NCBI GenBank assembly: GCA_963801165.1
Contig: CAWDDT010000010.1
Coordinates: forward strand, 128,001-192,000
DNA from: an uncultured bacterium
Lineage (GTDB): Bacteria; Actinomycetota; Acidimicrobiia; Spongiisociales; UBA5794
Reading direction: 5' to 3'
DNA length: 64,000 nt
In this document: in pieces, positions 36,532-45,687 of the stretch
How positions within the stretch are numbered: position 1 is the stretch's first letter
Layout of the letters: each line of letters begins with the position of its first letter
Notes under the pieces: model-generated
Told to the model about the DNA's origin: nothing
Databases searched by the model: none
What the model saw: only the letters and a program-made list of their open reading frames with translations
Position numbers and translations under genes: made by a program

Positions 36532-38151
36532 GTGAGCCATCGCGACGGTGACGGGGGCGATGTTCCTGAATCCGGTGATGAGGAGTTCTCGGCGGAGGAC
36601 GAGTTCCGTAGGTGGGCAGAGGAAACCGGGGCAGGTCCCGACGAGGAGCCCGGTGGTCGCCAGAGTTGGGCCGCCCGTATCTTCGGCCGCAGGGACAAGA
36701 CCGAGGAGCCAGCCGCCGTGGATGACCTCGAGCCCGCTCCGGAGCCCGAGCCCGATCTAGGGCCCAGCCCCGCTGACCTCGAGGATACCGGGCCGGAACA
36801 ACTCGGAGTGTTTCCTATCATCCGCGCGGGCGATACGCCACCTTTCGAGCTACACGCAGTGGGATCTCCCGACGACACCGCCACCGAGCCGGAATCCGGC
36901 GCAGGAGCAGATGACAGCAAAGACGATGTCGCCGCAACCGAGCCGACTCCGGAATACGTCGCGGCAGGCCAGGAGCCGGTGACAGAAAGCGCGGTACCGG
37001 AGCCCGGTACGGCGGCCGTACCCGAGCGCGACGAGGACGACCAACCGGTGAGCACGGGGGCACCAGCGACTGGAAGCGCCGATTTTGCCCGGCTGTGGGG
37101 TGGGCACGCAGAAGGGGATCCCGGCGAGCGGGGCGACGACGTGGCCGAGTTCACCAACGAGGACTACCTGGCCGCCACGACACGGGAATACGCCGGTCTT
37201 GCCGAGGCTGTGGCACGCGCCGAGGAAGAGGGGACGCAACAGATCGCCGTATCTGCCGGGATCCGCGGTCTCGAGACCGGGCTCGTCGGTCTCGACGATA
37301 TGGTCGACGCCGCAGGTGGTGCTGCCTCTGCGGACGTAATCGAGCCGCCGTCGGGTTCGGAGCTCTCGATCCGGGTTCTCACCGCGACGGGGCTCGTCGT
37401 CTTGTTTGCCGCATCGCTGCTGTCGCCGTACGGAATCGGTGCTTTGATCTTCGTGGTCCTCGGCATCGCCGCAGGAGAGATGTTTGCGGCCTTCATTCGC
37501 GGCGGGTACCGGCCGCTCTCGATCTTCGGTTTCCTGGGCATAGCCGGGGCCTTTGCCGGAACCTGGGCGGCAGGACCGGTGGCGGTACCGGTTGCGTTGC
37601 TGATAACCACCGTCGCCGTCTTCTTGTTCTATGCCACGGTGCCGGGACGCCGGGCCGCCGTTGAGAACGCGGCGTTGACCGTGCTCGTGACGGCGTGGAT
37701 CGGGGGCGCAGGCGCCTTTGCCTTCGATCTGCTCGGCTCCGAGGACTACGTGTGGCTCGTCCTCGCCCTCGTGGTGACGGTGGCGGCGATGGACATCGCC
37801 CAGTTCTTCATCGGACGCCGGATCGGTCGCAGACCGTTGGCGCCGGTTGTCTCACCAAAGAAGACGGTCGAGGGCTACGTGGCGGGGGTTGTCGTTGCGA
37901 TCGCATTCGGGGCCGCGTTTGCCTGGGCTCCTCCTTTCGAGCTCAGCGACGGCTTGTTGATCGGAGTGATTGTCGCCGCTATCGGCCCGCTGGGTGACCT
38001 CGCCGTCTCGGTGCTGAAACGCGCGCTCGGCGTCAAGGACATGGGCTACATCCTGCCCGGGCACGGCGGTGTGCTCGACCGGGTCGATGCCATGATCTTC
38101 ACGATCCCTGCGCTTTGGATCGCCTACTCGTGGATGGGGCTGCTCAACTGA
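36532..38151 (+). CDS. cdsA: Phosphatidate cytidylyltransferase with long acidic N-terminal extension
   Basis: SPKKTVEG and GDL..S..KR..GVKDMG..LPGHGGVLDRVD. Confidence 0.93.
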   Translation: MSHRDGDGGDVPESGDEEFSAEDEFRRWAEETGAGPDEEPGGRQSWAARIFGRRDKTEEPAAVDDLEPAPEPEPDLGPSPADLEDTGPEQLGVFPIIRAGDTPPFELHAVGSPDDTATEPESGAGADDSKDDVAATEPTPEYVAAGQEPVTESAVPEPGTAAVPERDEDDQPVSTGAPATGSADFARLWGGHAEGDPGERGDDVAEFTNEDYLAATTREYAGLAEAVARAEEEGTQQIAVSAGIRGLETGLVGLDDMVDAAGGAASADVIEPPSGSELSIRVLTATGLVVLFAASLLSPYGIGALIFVVLGIAAGEMFAAFIRGGYRPLSIFGFLGIAGAFAGTWAAGPVAVPVALLITTVAVFLFYATVPGRRAAVENAALTVLVTAWIGGAGAFAFDLLGSEDYVWLVLALVVTVAAMDIAQFFIGRRIGRRPLAPVVSPKKTVEGYVAGVVVAIAFGAAFAWAPPFELSDGLLIGVIVAAIGPLGDLAVSVLKRALGVKDMGYILPGHGGVLDRVDAMIFTIPALWIAYSWMGLLN

Positions 38152-39299
38152 ATCCGCTCTGCATACTCGGGGTCACCGGATCGATCGGGACCCAGGCTCG
38201 TGAGGTGGCCGCCCATCTAGGCATACCGGTCACCGGCATCGCGGCAGGTCGTGGCTCGAGCGATCTCGTCGCCGCAGCGCGGGAACTGCCCGGGGCAAGG
38301 GTGGTCGCCGTTCATCCCACCAATGAGGAGGCCGAGCGTCTCACCGACCTGCTCGGCCCCAGGGTGGCATTCGGCGCCGAAGCGCTGCTCGAACTGGCCG
38401 GTACCGCCAACACCACTGTGGTCAACGGGGTCGTCGGCGCTGCCGGTCTGGCGCCGACGGTCGCGGCACTTGAGGCCGGCAACCGCGTGGCGCTGGCCAA
38501 CAAGGAGAGCCTGGTGGCGGGTGGCCCGGTCGTGGTCGAGGCGGCAACCCGGAGCACCGGAGAGATAATCCCGGTCGACAGCGAGCATTCGGCGCTGTGG
38601 CAGTGTCTCGTCGGCGAGACTGCGGAGTCGGTTCGCAGGTTGATCGTCACCGCATCCGGGGGACCGTTTCGGGGTATGAGCGCAGGCGATCTGGAGAACG
38701 TGACCGTAGCCCAGGCGCTTGCTCATCCCACATGGTCGATGGGTCCCAGGATCACTATCGACTCGGCGACCCTGATGAACAAGGCTTTCGAGGTCATCGA
38801 AGCCCACTACCTGTATGCGATTCCCTACGACCGCATCGACGTCGTAGTCCACCCGCAGAGCATCGTCCATTCCCTGGTGGAGTTCGTCGACGGGACCCTC
38901 AAGGCCGAGTTGGGTGATCCCGACATGCGTGTGCCGATCCAGTATGCGATCACCTATCCGGAGCGCCAACCGGCGCAGCTGGAACCGTTCGACCTGACCA
39001 GGGCCCCGCTCGTTTTCGAGCCACCGGACCGCAAGGTCTTCACCTGTCTCGAGCTGGGCTACGAAGCGGGTCGGGTAGGGCGGTCGGCCACCGCGGTCTT
39101 GAATGCGGCCGACGAGGTCGCGGTTGCCGCGTTCCTGGCCGGCCAGATCCCCTTCCCTGCCATTGCCGAGGTGGTGGCGTCGACTCTCGCTCAGATACCG
39201 GTTATCGATCCACGCTCGGTGGCCGATGTTCTTGCGATAGACGGAGAGGCACGGCGGGTCGCCGCACAGTTCGTCACGCTAAGCAGCGGGGACGGTTAG
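38130..39299 (+). CDS. dxr: 1-deoxy-D-xylulose-5-phosphate reductoisomerase (start GTG 38130 or CTG 38148)
   Basis: LGVTGSIG, LANKESLV, PVDSEH, TASGGPF and MNKAFEVIEA. Confidence 0.96.
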   Translation: MDGAAQLNPLCILGVTGSIGTQAREVAAHLGIPVTGIAAGRGSSDLVAAARELPGARVVAVHPTNEEAERLTDLLGPRVAFGAEALLELAGTANTTVVNGVVGAAGLAPTVAALEAGNRVALANKESLVAGGPVVVEAATRSTGEIIPVDSEHSALWQCLVGETAESVRRLIVTASGGPFRGMSAGDLENVTVAQALAHPTWSMGPRITIDSATLMNKAFEVIEAHYLYAIPYDRIDVVVHPQSIVHSLVEFVDGTLKAELGDPDMRVPIQYAITYPERQPAQLEPFDLTRAPLVFEPPDRKVFTCLELGYEAGRVGRSATAVLNAADEVAVAAFLAGQIPFPAIAEVVASTLAQIPVIDPRSVADVLAIDGEARRVAAQFVTLSSGDG

Positions 39300-39302
39300 C
39301 GT

Positions 39303-39348
39303 GAACCCTCCGTAGGACTTGGACAGAACCTCTGTAGGGCTTGGACAG
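39303..39348 (+). repeat. Degenerate ~23-bp tandem duplication in the rseP leader
   Basis: GAACCCTCCGTAGGACTTGGACA / GAACCTCTGTAGGGCTTGGACAG. Confidence 0.75.
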
Positions 39349-39353
39349 GAGCA

Positions 39354-40622
39354 ATGGGACCGATAGTCGTCATCGTCGGCATAATCCTGATGGTCGTTAT
39401 CCATGAGTTGGGCCATTTCGTCGCGGCCAAGGTCTTCGGCATGAAGGCGACCGAGGCGTTCTTCGGGTTTGGCCCACGTATCTGGTCGACGCAGCGGGGT
39501 GAGACCGAATACGGGATAAAGGCGATCCCGCTCGGTGGGTATGTCCGCATCGTTGGGATGAACCCCTTCGAGGAGGTCCCGCCGGAGGAGGAGCATCGCA
39601 CCTATCGCGGCAAGCCGTTCGGCCAGAAGGCTGTCGTTGTGCTCGCCGGTGTCTTCAGCAATTTCGTCATCGGCTTCATCCTCTTCTACGTAGTCGCCGT
39701 CACCTGGAACATGGTTGAGGCGACTACCCAGGTAGCGGAGGTCTCCGAGGTGCTGGTTACGACGAGCGGTGCCGGGGACGAGATGCCTTTGGCCCTCGAA
39801 GACGGCGATCATGTGGTGTCGGTTGACGGTGTGCCCCTCGGCGAGCTGGGGACGACAGCGACCAAGCCTCCCAATAAGGTCGTCCCGGTTGTGGTCGATC
39901 GCGGCGGCGCGCAGATCACGCTCGAGACGAACGACAATGTCGTCGCTACCCCGGCCTACCTGATGGGGGTGAGATCGGGCGATGTCTTGCAGAGTGTCGA
40001 TGGCATCGTGATCCGGGACTGGGACCATTTCGTAGAGTTGGCGAAGGAGAGACCCGGCGTCGCAACAGAGATCACGTGGGAGCGCAACGGCCAGGTGATG
40101 AGCGGCACCGCGGTGCTTGCGGAGAGACAAATCGCTGGTGAGACAACCGGGTTTGTTGGTGTTGGCCCCGAGGGTGTCGAAGTCAACATCGGCCCCATCG
40201 CCGGTATCAAGAGGGCCGCCGGTGACCTCGCCGAAACAACGTGGCTGTCTCTCGACGGGCTGTGGACGATGGTGCGCCGGACCCCGCAGCTTCTCAGCGC
40301 CGCGGTCGGCCAGAACGCTGCCGTGCTCGGAGAAGCGCGTCCGGTGAGCGTCATCGGCATCGCCCGAGTGGCGACCGGGATGCAAACCGCCCTATTTCTG
40401 ATGGCGTATGTCAGCGTCTTTGTGGGCACCCTCAACGTGATCCCGCTCTACCCGCTCGACGGCGGTCACTTCGCTGTCGCTCTCTACGAGAAGATCCGTG
40501 GGCGTCAGGCCGACGTGAGACGGTTGATCCCGGTAGCGGCCGCTGTGATCATCTTCATCATGTTGCTCGGTGTTCTCGGCATCTATTTCGACATCGTCGA
40601 CCCGATTCCCGTGCCTCGGTGA
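39354..40622 (+). CDS. rseP: Site-2 (M50) intramembrane metalloprotease RseP/Rip1
   Basis: HELGH, PLGGYV, PDZ-like region and NVIPLYPLDGGH. Confidence 0.94.
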   Translation: MGPIVVIVGIILMVVIHELGHFVAAKVFGMKATEAFFGFGPRIWSTQRGETEYGIKAIPLGGYVRIVGMNPFEEVPPEEEHRTYRGKPFGQKAVVVLAGVFSNFVIGFILFYVVAVTWNMVEATTQVAEVSEVLVTTSGAGDEMPLALEDGDHVVSVDGVPLGELGTTATKPPNKVVPVVVDRGGAQITLETNDNVVATPAYLMGVRSGDVLQSVDGIVIRDWDHFVELAKERPGVATEITWERNGQVMSGTAVLAERQIAGETTGFVGVGPEGVEVNIGPIAGIKRAAGDLAETTWLSLDGLWTMVRRTPQLLSAAVGQNAAVLGEARPVSVIGIARVATGMQTALFLMAYVSVFVGTLNVIPLYPLDGGHFAVALYEKIRGRQADVRRLIPVAAAVIIFIMLLGVLGIYFDIVDPIPVPR

Positions 40623-40657
40623 CGCACCCGGGTTTGGCCGATAGCATGGGAGGGATC

Positions 40658-41866
40658 ATGAGCACCACACGCCGCGCCTCGCGGCTTCTTCACGTTGGCA
40701 ACGTTCCGGTGGGCGGAGACAGCCCGATCACGGTTCAGTCGATGACGACGACCAAGACCGCGGATGTCGATGGGACGCTAGCCCAGGTCTACGCACTGTC
40801 CGGTGGCGGTGCCGATATTGTGCGTATCACCTGCAACGATGTTGCCGCCGCTCAGGGTCTTGCCGAGATCATTCCCCGCTCGCCGGTTCCCATAATCGCC
40901 GACATTCACTTCCAGTACCGGTTGGCCCTGGCGGCTATCGAAGCGGGAGTTGCCGGGCTCCGCCTCAATCCCGGCAACATCCGCAAGGAAGCGCACATCA
41001 AGGCCGTTGCCCGGGCGGCCGGGGAGGCCGGGATCCCTATTCGCGTAGGCGTCAACGCCGGTTCGCTCGACAAGGATCTGCTCGACAAGTACGGAGGACC
41101 CGTACCCCGGGCGCTCGTGGATTCGGCTCTCAAGGAGATCAAATACCTGGAGGACGTCGAATTCCACGACATCAAGATCTCGGTGAAGCATTCCGACGTC
41201 CCCTCGATGATCGAGGCGTACCGCATCCTCGCCGACGAGGTCGAGTACCCGTTGCACCTAGGCGTCACCGAAGCCGGCCCTCCTCCGTCCGGATTGATCA
41301 AGTCGGTGGCCGGGATCTCGACACTCCTCATGGAGGGGATAGGCGACACGATCCGGTTCTCGCTCACCGCCGATCCGGTGGAGGAGGCCAAGGCCGGCCG
41401 CAAGCTGCTCGAGATCCTGGGGCTCCGGGAGCGCAAGGGCCTCGACCTCATCGCGTGCCCCTCCTGCGGTCGCGCCGAGGTGGATGTCATTGACGTCGTC
41501 AGGCGGGCCGAGGCCGTGCTCGAAGCTGAGCGGCTGCCGATCCAGGTGGCGGTCATGGGCTGTGTCGTCAACGGGCCCGGGGAGGCTAGGGAGGCCGACA
41601 TCGGCATCGCTGCGGGCAACAAGAAGGGCCACTTGTTCATCAAGGGTCAGGTAGTCAGGGTCGTCAAGGAAAGCGAGATGGTCGAGGCGCTGCTCGATGA
41701 AGCGCGCAAGCTGGCCGCCGAGGGGTTCGAGGCACGTCTTGCTGCGGCCGACGTGACCGCGGCAGACCTCGCCGCCGAGGAGGCGATCGAGCTACGCACC
41801 CTTCGGGGAGACGCCAACCAGGTGGCCGCGCGCCGTGCCGCCATCGCCGAGATCACAGGCGAGTGA
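40658..41866 (+). CDS. ispG: HMBPP synthase IspG
   Basis: VQSMTTT, ADIHF, RLNPGN, CPSCGR and MGCVVNGPGE. Confidence 0.97.
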   Translation: MSTTRRASRLLHVGNVPVGGDSPITVQSMTTTKTADVDGTLAQVYALSGGGADIVRITCNDVAAAQGLAEIIPRSPVPIIADIHFQYRLALAAIEAGVAGLRLNPGNIRKEAHIKAVARAAGEAGIPIRVGVNAGSLDKDLLDKYGGPVPRALVDSALKEIKYLEDVEFHDIKISVKHSDVPSMIEAYRILADEVEYPLHLGVTEAGPPPSGLIKSVAGISTLLMEGIGDTIRFSLTADPVEEAKAGRKLLEILGLRERKGLDLIACPSCGRAEVDVIDVVRRAEAVLEAERLPIQVAVMGCVVNGPGEAREADIGIAAGNKKGHLFIKGQVVRVVKESEMVEALLDEARKLAAEGFEARLAAADVTAADLAAEEAIELRTLRGDANQVAARRAAIAEITGE

Positions 41867-43263
41867 GCAACCCGGGTCGGACCCCGCGGCTCTTCTCGGT
41901 ATTCAGCGTCATCGGGGCCATCGTCATCGTGGGGAGCTGGTTGCTGTCCGCACGCCAAAACCCAGTCGCCGTGGCGGTGCATCGCCCTCTGGTTGTGGCC
42001 GCCGCCGGCAAGGTCCCGACCACGACGATGTCGCCATCGACGACCATACCGGATATCGAGGCGTTGATCCCGCTGTCGACCGAGGCGATGACCGGGACCG
42101 TCGCCAGGTCGGTCGGCTTCGTGCTGTCCGAGCATGGCACGGGGAGCGGGGTCGTGATCGGCGACGACCTGCTGGTCACGAATGCGCACGTCGTGTGGCC
42201 CGACTCCATCGTTACCGTCGTGTTCCAGAACGGTGCGATCGTGCATGCGAGAGTGCTCGCTCTGGATCCTTTTGTCGATCTCGCCGTTGTCGATCTGAGC
42301 GGCCTCTCCCGCAAACCGGCGCCTATCGCCATCGGCTCGGTCACCGACCTGAGCGTCGGCGACGCCCTCTACGTTCTCGGCTACCCGGCTCCCGACGAGT
42401 TCACGCCGGAGCCGTCGCTCGACAGGGGAGAGGTCCGGGACATCTCCGACTGGGAGTTCACCGGGGTCCGCTGGGTCACTATCGAAGCCCCGGCTATCGG
42501 TGGTCAGAGCGGCGGTGCCGTAGTAGACCAATACGGTCGTCTCGTGGGCGTGAGCACGTTTGGCAGCATCGCCTCGCTGACGTCGATTGCAATCGATGAT
42601 GTCCTTACCGCGGTCGACCGTCTCCTGGCGTCTCCGGTCGTGCGCGGTCTCGAACCGAGGACGCTTCCGCACAACGGGGCGAAGCACAGCAACGATGTCT
42701 CGCTGGCTGGTCCCTGGGATCAGCAGCTGCTGCTCGGTTGGTTCGTCCCTAGCGCCGACGTTGCGGTCGATTGGGCGCCGGGATCGGGGGAGCTGCGGGC
42801 TACGACGTTGAGCGGCGACGAGATCACCGCGGGCGAGGGATCGATCGACTTCGTTCCCGAATACGCGTTCCCGGTGGTTGTCGATGCTGAGGCCGACACA
42901 ACCGTCTCCGGCTCCGTGTCGAGTTCGCTCCCGCTGATTGCGTATCCGGACCCGGACCACGGCAAGTTCCTGCCACGGCGAGGTGCTACGCCGGGCATAT
43001 ACGACGTCGGGGGAGATCGGGACTTCTTCTACTTGACCCTCGAGGAGGGTGAGGACGTCTCGATCACGATCGAATCAGCGGCACGAACACTGCTCACGGT
43101 ATACGGGCCCGACGGAGAGGTCGTCGCCGCGGACAACGACTTCGCCGGCTTCATCGAGAGCAACGCCAGCACGCAGTTCACGGCGCGGACTTCGGGCCGC
43201 CACATTGTTGCCATCGAGAGCTCGCACGCCACGGTGTCCGGCTACATGGTCGTGACGCAATAG
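41863..43263 (+). CDS. Membrane-anchored trypsin-like serine protease with PPC-like domain
   Basis: N-terminal TM; TNAHVV, DLAVV, GQSGG; DRDFFY. Confidence 0.85.
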   Translation: MSNPGRTPRLFSVFSVIGAIVIVGSWLLSARQNPVAVAVHRPLVVAAAGKVPTTTMSPSTTIPDIEALIPLSTEAMTGTVARSVGFVLSEHGTGSGVVIGDDLLVTNAHVVWPDSIVTVVFQNGAIVHARVLALDPFVDLAVVDLSGLSRKPAPIAIGSVTDLSVGDALYVLGYPAPDEFTPEPSLDRGEVRDISDWEFTGVRWVTIEAPAIGGQSGGAVVDQYGRLVGVSTFGSIASLTSIAIDDVLTAVDRLLASPVVRGLEPRTLPHNGAKHSNDVSLAGPWDQQLLLGWFVPSADVAVDWAPGSGELRATTLSGDEITAGEGSIDFVPEYAFPVVVDAEADTTVSGSVSSSLPLIAYPDPDHGKFLPRRGATPGIYDVGGDRDFFYLTLEEGEDVSITIESAARTLLTVYGPDGEVVAADNDFAGFIESNASTQFTARTSGRHIVAIESSHATVSGYMVVTQ

Positions 43264-43357
43264 GGGCGTCGGCTCCCGGCACGGGATGTATCGAGTCAGA
43301 CGCTAACCTCATGCAACCGAAATCCACATTCAACTGAGATCGAGCTGCGGAGCAACT

Positions 43358-45064
43358 GTGCGTTGGTCACAAGCATTCATTCCCACCCTTCGTGACGACC
43401 CTGCCGACGCCGAAGCCGTGAGCCACAGGCTATTGGTGCGTGCGGCGTTCATCCGCCAGCTGATGGCAGGGGTCTACACGTTGTTGCCCCTTGCGTACCG
43501 GTCGCGGCGCAAGATCCGGCGCATCATCGAGGAAGAGATCGATGCCATCGGTGGCCAGCAGTTTCTCTTCCCTTCGCTCCATCCCGCCGAGATCTGGCGC
43601 AAGACGGGCCGGCTCGAGATCATGGGCGACGAGATGTTCCAGTTTCTCGACCGCAAAGCGGGAGAGATCGTCCTGGGGATGACCCACGAGGAGATCTTCA
43701 CCACAATCGCCACTGAGATCACGTCCTACAAGCAGCTGCCGCAGATCTGGTATCAGATCCACACCAAGTTCCGGGACGAGCCGAGACCGAAGTCGGGTCT
43801 GCTCCGGGTGCGGGAGTTCACCATGAAGGACTCGTACTCCTTCGACCTCGACCAGGAAAGCCTGGACAAGGCGTTCGATGCCCACTACGCCGCGTACAAG
43901 CGGATCTTCGCCCGACTCGGCTTGGACGCAGTGCCGGTGGCGGCTTCATCCGGGGCGATGGGCGGCGCGGGATCCGTGGAGTTCATGGTCCGGTCGGAGG
44001 CCGGTGAGGATCTTGTCGCGCACTGTGCCCATTGCGGGTATGCCGCCAACGTCGAGACGGCAGCAAGCCGTGTCGACCCTGTCACCGACGGTCCGGAGAC
44101 GGCGCTCGAGAAGTTCCCCACGCCGGGGGTACGGACGATCGACGATCTTGTGAGTTTTGCCGCGGGCGCCGATGCCGTGCGCCAGATCAAGACCCTCGTC
44201 TACATGCTCGATGGGGAACCTGTCCTGGTGCTGATGCGGGGAGACCATCCGCTGCAGGAACAGAAACTGCAGGATCAAACCGGTGCTGTGGAGATCCGGC
44301 CGGCACACCCGGAGGAGATCCATGAGTTGCTCGGGGCAGATGCCGGAAGTCTTGGGGCGGTCGGCGTGACCAATGTGACCATCCTGGCCGACGAAGGGCT
44401 GCGGGGCCGTGCCAACATGACGACCGGCGCCAACGAGAACGACCACCATCTGCGCGGTGTGTCAGTCGAGCGTGACATCGAAGTGACCCGGTGGGTCGAC
44501 GTGCGTGAGGTGGCAGTGGGTGAGCCCTGTGGGCAATGTGGCGAGCCCATCGAAGTGTTCCGGGCCATCGAATGTGGGCACATCTTCAAGTTAGGCACGA
44601 AGTACTCCGTGCCCCTGGGCGCGATGGTCCTGGACCAGAACGGCAAGACCCGGCCCATCTACATGGGCTCGTACGGGATCGGGCTGGAGCGAAACCTGGC
44701 GGCGATCGTGGAGACGCATCACGATGACAAGGGCATTGTGTGGCCGGTCACCGTTGCTCCCTACGAGGTCGTCGTCACCGTGCTGAAGCTCGACGAGACC
44801 ACCCTGGCGGCGGCTGAGAGCCTGTATCAAGGGCTCCTCGGCGAGGGTGTCGACGTCATCATCGACGATCGAGATGAGCGGCCCGGTGTCAAGTTCAACG
44901 ACGCCGAGCTGGTTGGCATCCCCTTCCGTGTCACGGTTGGTCCCCGCAGTCTCGGTGAAGGGGTAGTGGAGGTCACACAGCGGGCTGGCGGAGAGACCGC
45001 CGCAGTGCCTATTGGTGAAGCCGTGGCGGCGGTGACCGCCGCAGTGAGGCAGGCGCGGCGCTAG
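43358..45064 (+). CDS. proS: Proline--tRNA ligase (with editing domain)
   Basis: [31 protein letters not shown] and MGSYGIG. Confidence 0.98.
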   Translation: MRWSQAFIPTLRDDPADAEAVSHRLLVRAAFIRQLMAGVYTLLPLAYRSRRKIRRIIEEEIDAIGGQQFLFPSLHPAEIWRKTGRLEIMGDEMFQFLDRKAGEIVLGMTHEEIFTTIATEITSYKQLPQIWYQIHTKFRDEPRPKSGLLRVREFTMKDSYSFDLDQESLDKAFDAHYAAYKRIFARLGLDAVPVAASSGAMGGAGSVEFMVRSEAGEDLVAHCAHCGYAANVETAASRVDPVTDGPETALEKFPTPGVRTIDDLVSFAAGADAVRQIKTLVYMLDGEPVLVLMRGDHPLQEQKLQDQTGAVEIRPAHPEEIHELLGADAGSLGAVGVTNVTILADEGLRGRANMTTGANENDHHLRGVSVERDIEVTRWVDVREVAVGEPCGQCGEPIEVFRAIECGHIFKLGTKYSVPLGAMVLDQNGKTRPIYMGSYGIGLERNLAAIVETHHDDKGIVWPVTVAPYEVVVTVLKLDETTLAAAESLYQGLLGEGVDVIIDDRDERPGVKFNDAELVGIPFRVTVGPRSLGEGVVEVTQRAGGETAAVPIGEAVAAVTAAVRQARR

Positions 45065-45101
45065 GCGCCCCCCGGGCCCGGTGCCTCGTGGTCGCACGAG
45101 G

Positions 45102-45165
45102 TGCTATCATCACGCGCCCAACAGAGAACAAGTCTCTTGAGGTGGGCCCGCGCCCGCCTCGTTTT
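45102..45165 (+). promoter_or_regulatory. rimP promoter and leader hairpin
   Basis: TGcTATCAT extended -10; GAGGTGGGC-CCGC-GCCCGCCTC followed by GTTTT. Confidence 0.6.
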
Positions 45166-45191
45166 GTGTGCAAGTGTGTAGGAGGAGCAGC

Positions 45192-45674
45192 GTGTCCGGC
45201 AAGGTCGAGCGGCTATGGGCCGTTATCGATCCTTATGTAGCCGCGGAGGGTATAGAACTCGACGATCTCGAGATCGTAGGACAAACGCCTGGTGCTGTGG
45301 TGAGGGTCACCCTCGACGCCGAGGGCGGTGTCGGGGTCGATCGTCTCGCGGAGCTGTCGCGGCGTTTGTCCCGGTTGCTCGATGAAGAGGACCCCGTCAC
45401 CGGGGCCTACACGTTAGAAGTGACATCGCCCGGTTTGGAGCGCAAGTTGCGGCGCCGGCGCCACTACGAGAAGTCTCTGGGACGCGAGGTCAAGGTCAAG
45501 AGCAATTCCGAGATTGCCGGTCAGCACAGACACCGGGGCATTCTTGCGGCGACGGGCGACGATGGGTTTGTCGTCGAAGTAGATGGAGAAGAGCGCGAGA
45601 TCGCCTACGGTGATGTTGTGGCTGCGAGCACGGTGTTTGCGTGGGAGAAGGCCGCGAAACCGGGGAAACGGTGA
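45192..45674 (+). CDS. rimP: Ribosome maturation factor RimP
   Basis: YTLEVTSPGLER; AGGAGG RBS. Confidence 0.95.
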   Translation: MSGKVERLWAVIDPYVAAEGIELDDLEIVGQTPGAVVRVTLDAEGGVGVDRLAELSRRLSRLLDEEDPVTGAYTLEVTSPGLERKLRRRRHYEKSLGREVKVKSNSEIAGQHRHRGILAATGDDGFVVEVDGEEREIAYGDVVAASTVFAWEKAAKPGKR

Positions 45675-45687
45675 GAGAGGATTGGCT

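Noticed and set aside
40637-40647. GCCGATAG upstream of ispG as a sigma28 promoter
   Set aside because: No -35 match, and it overlaps an equally plausible TAGCAT housekeeping -10.
40241-40657. Long N-terminal extensions in the ORF track (ispG, truB, nusA, etfA, whiG, comM)
   Set aside because: Longest-ORF artefacts overlapping upstream genes; better starts with RBS or coupling exist.
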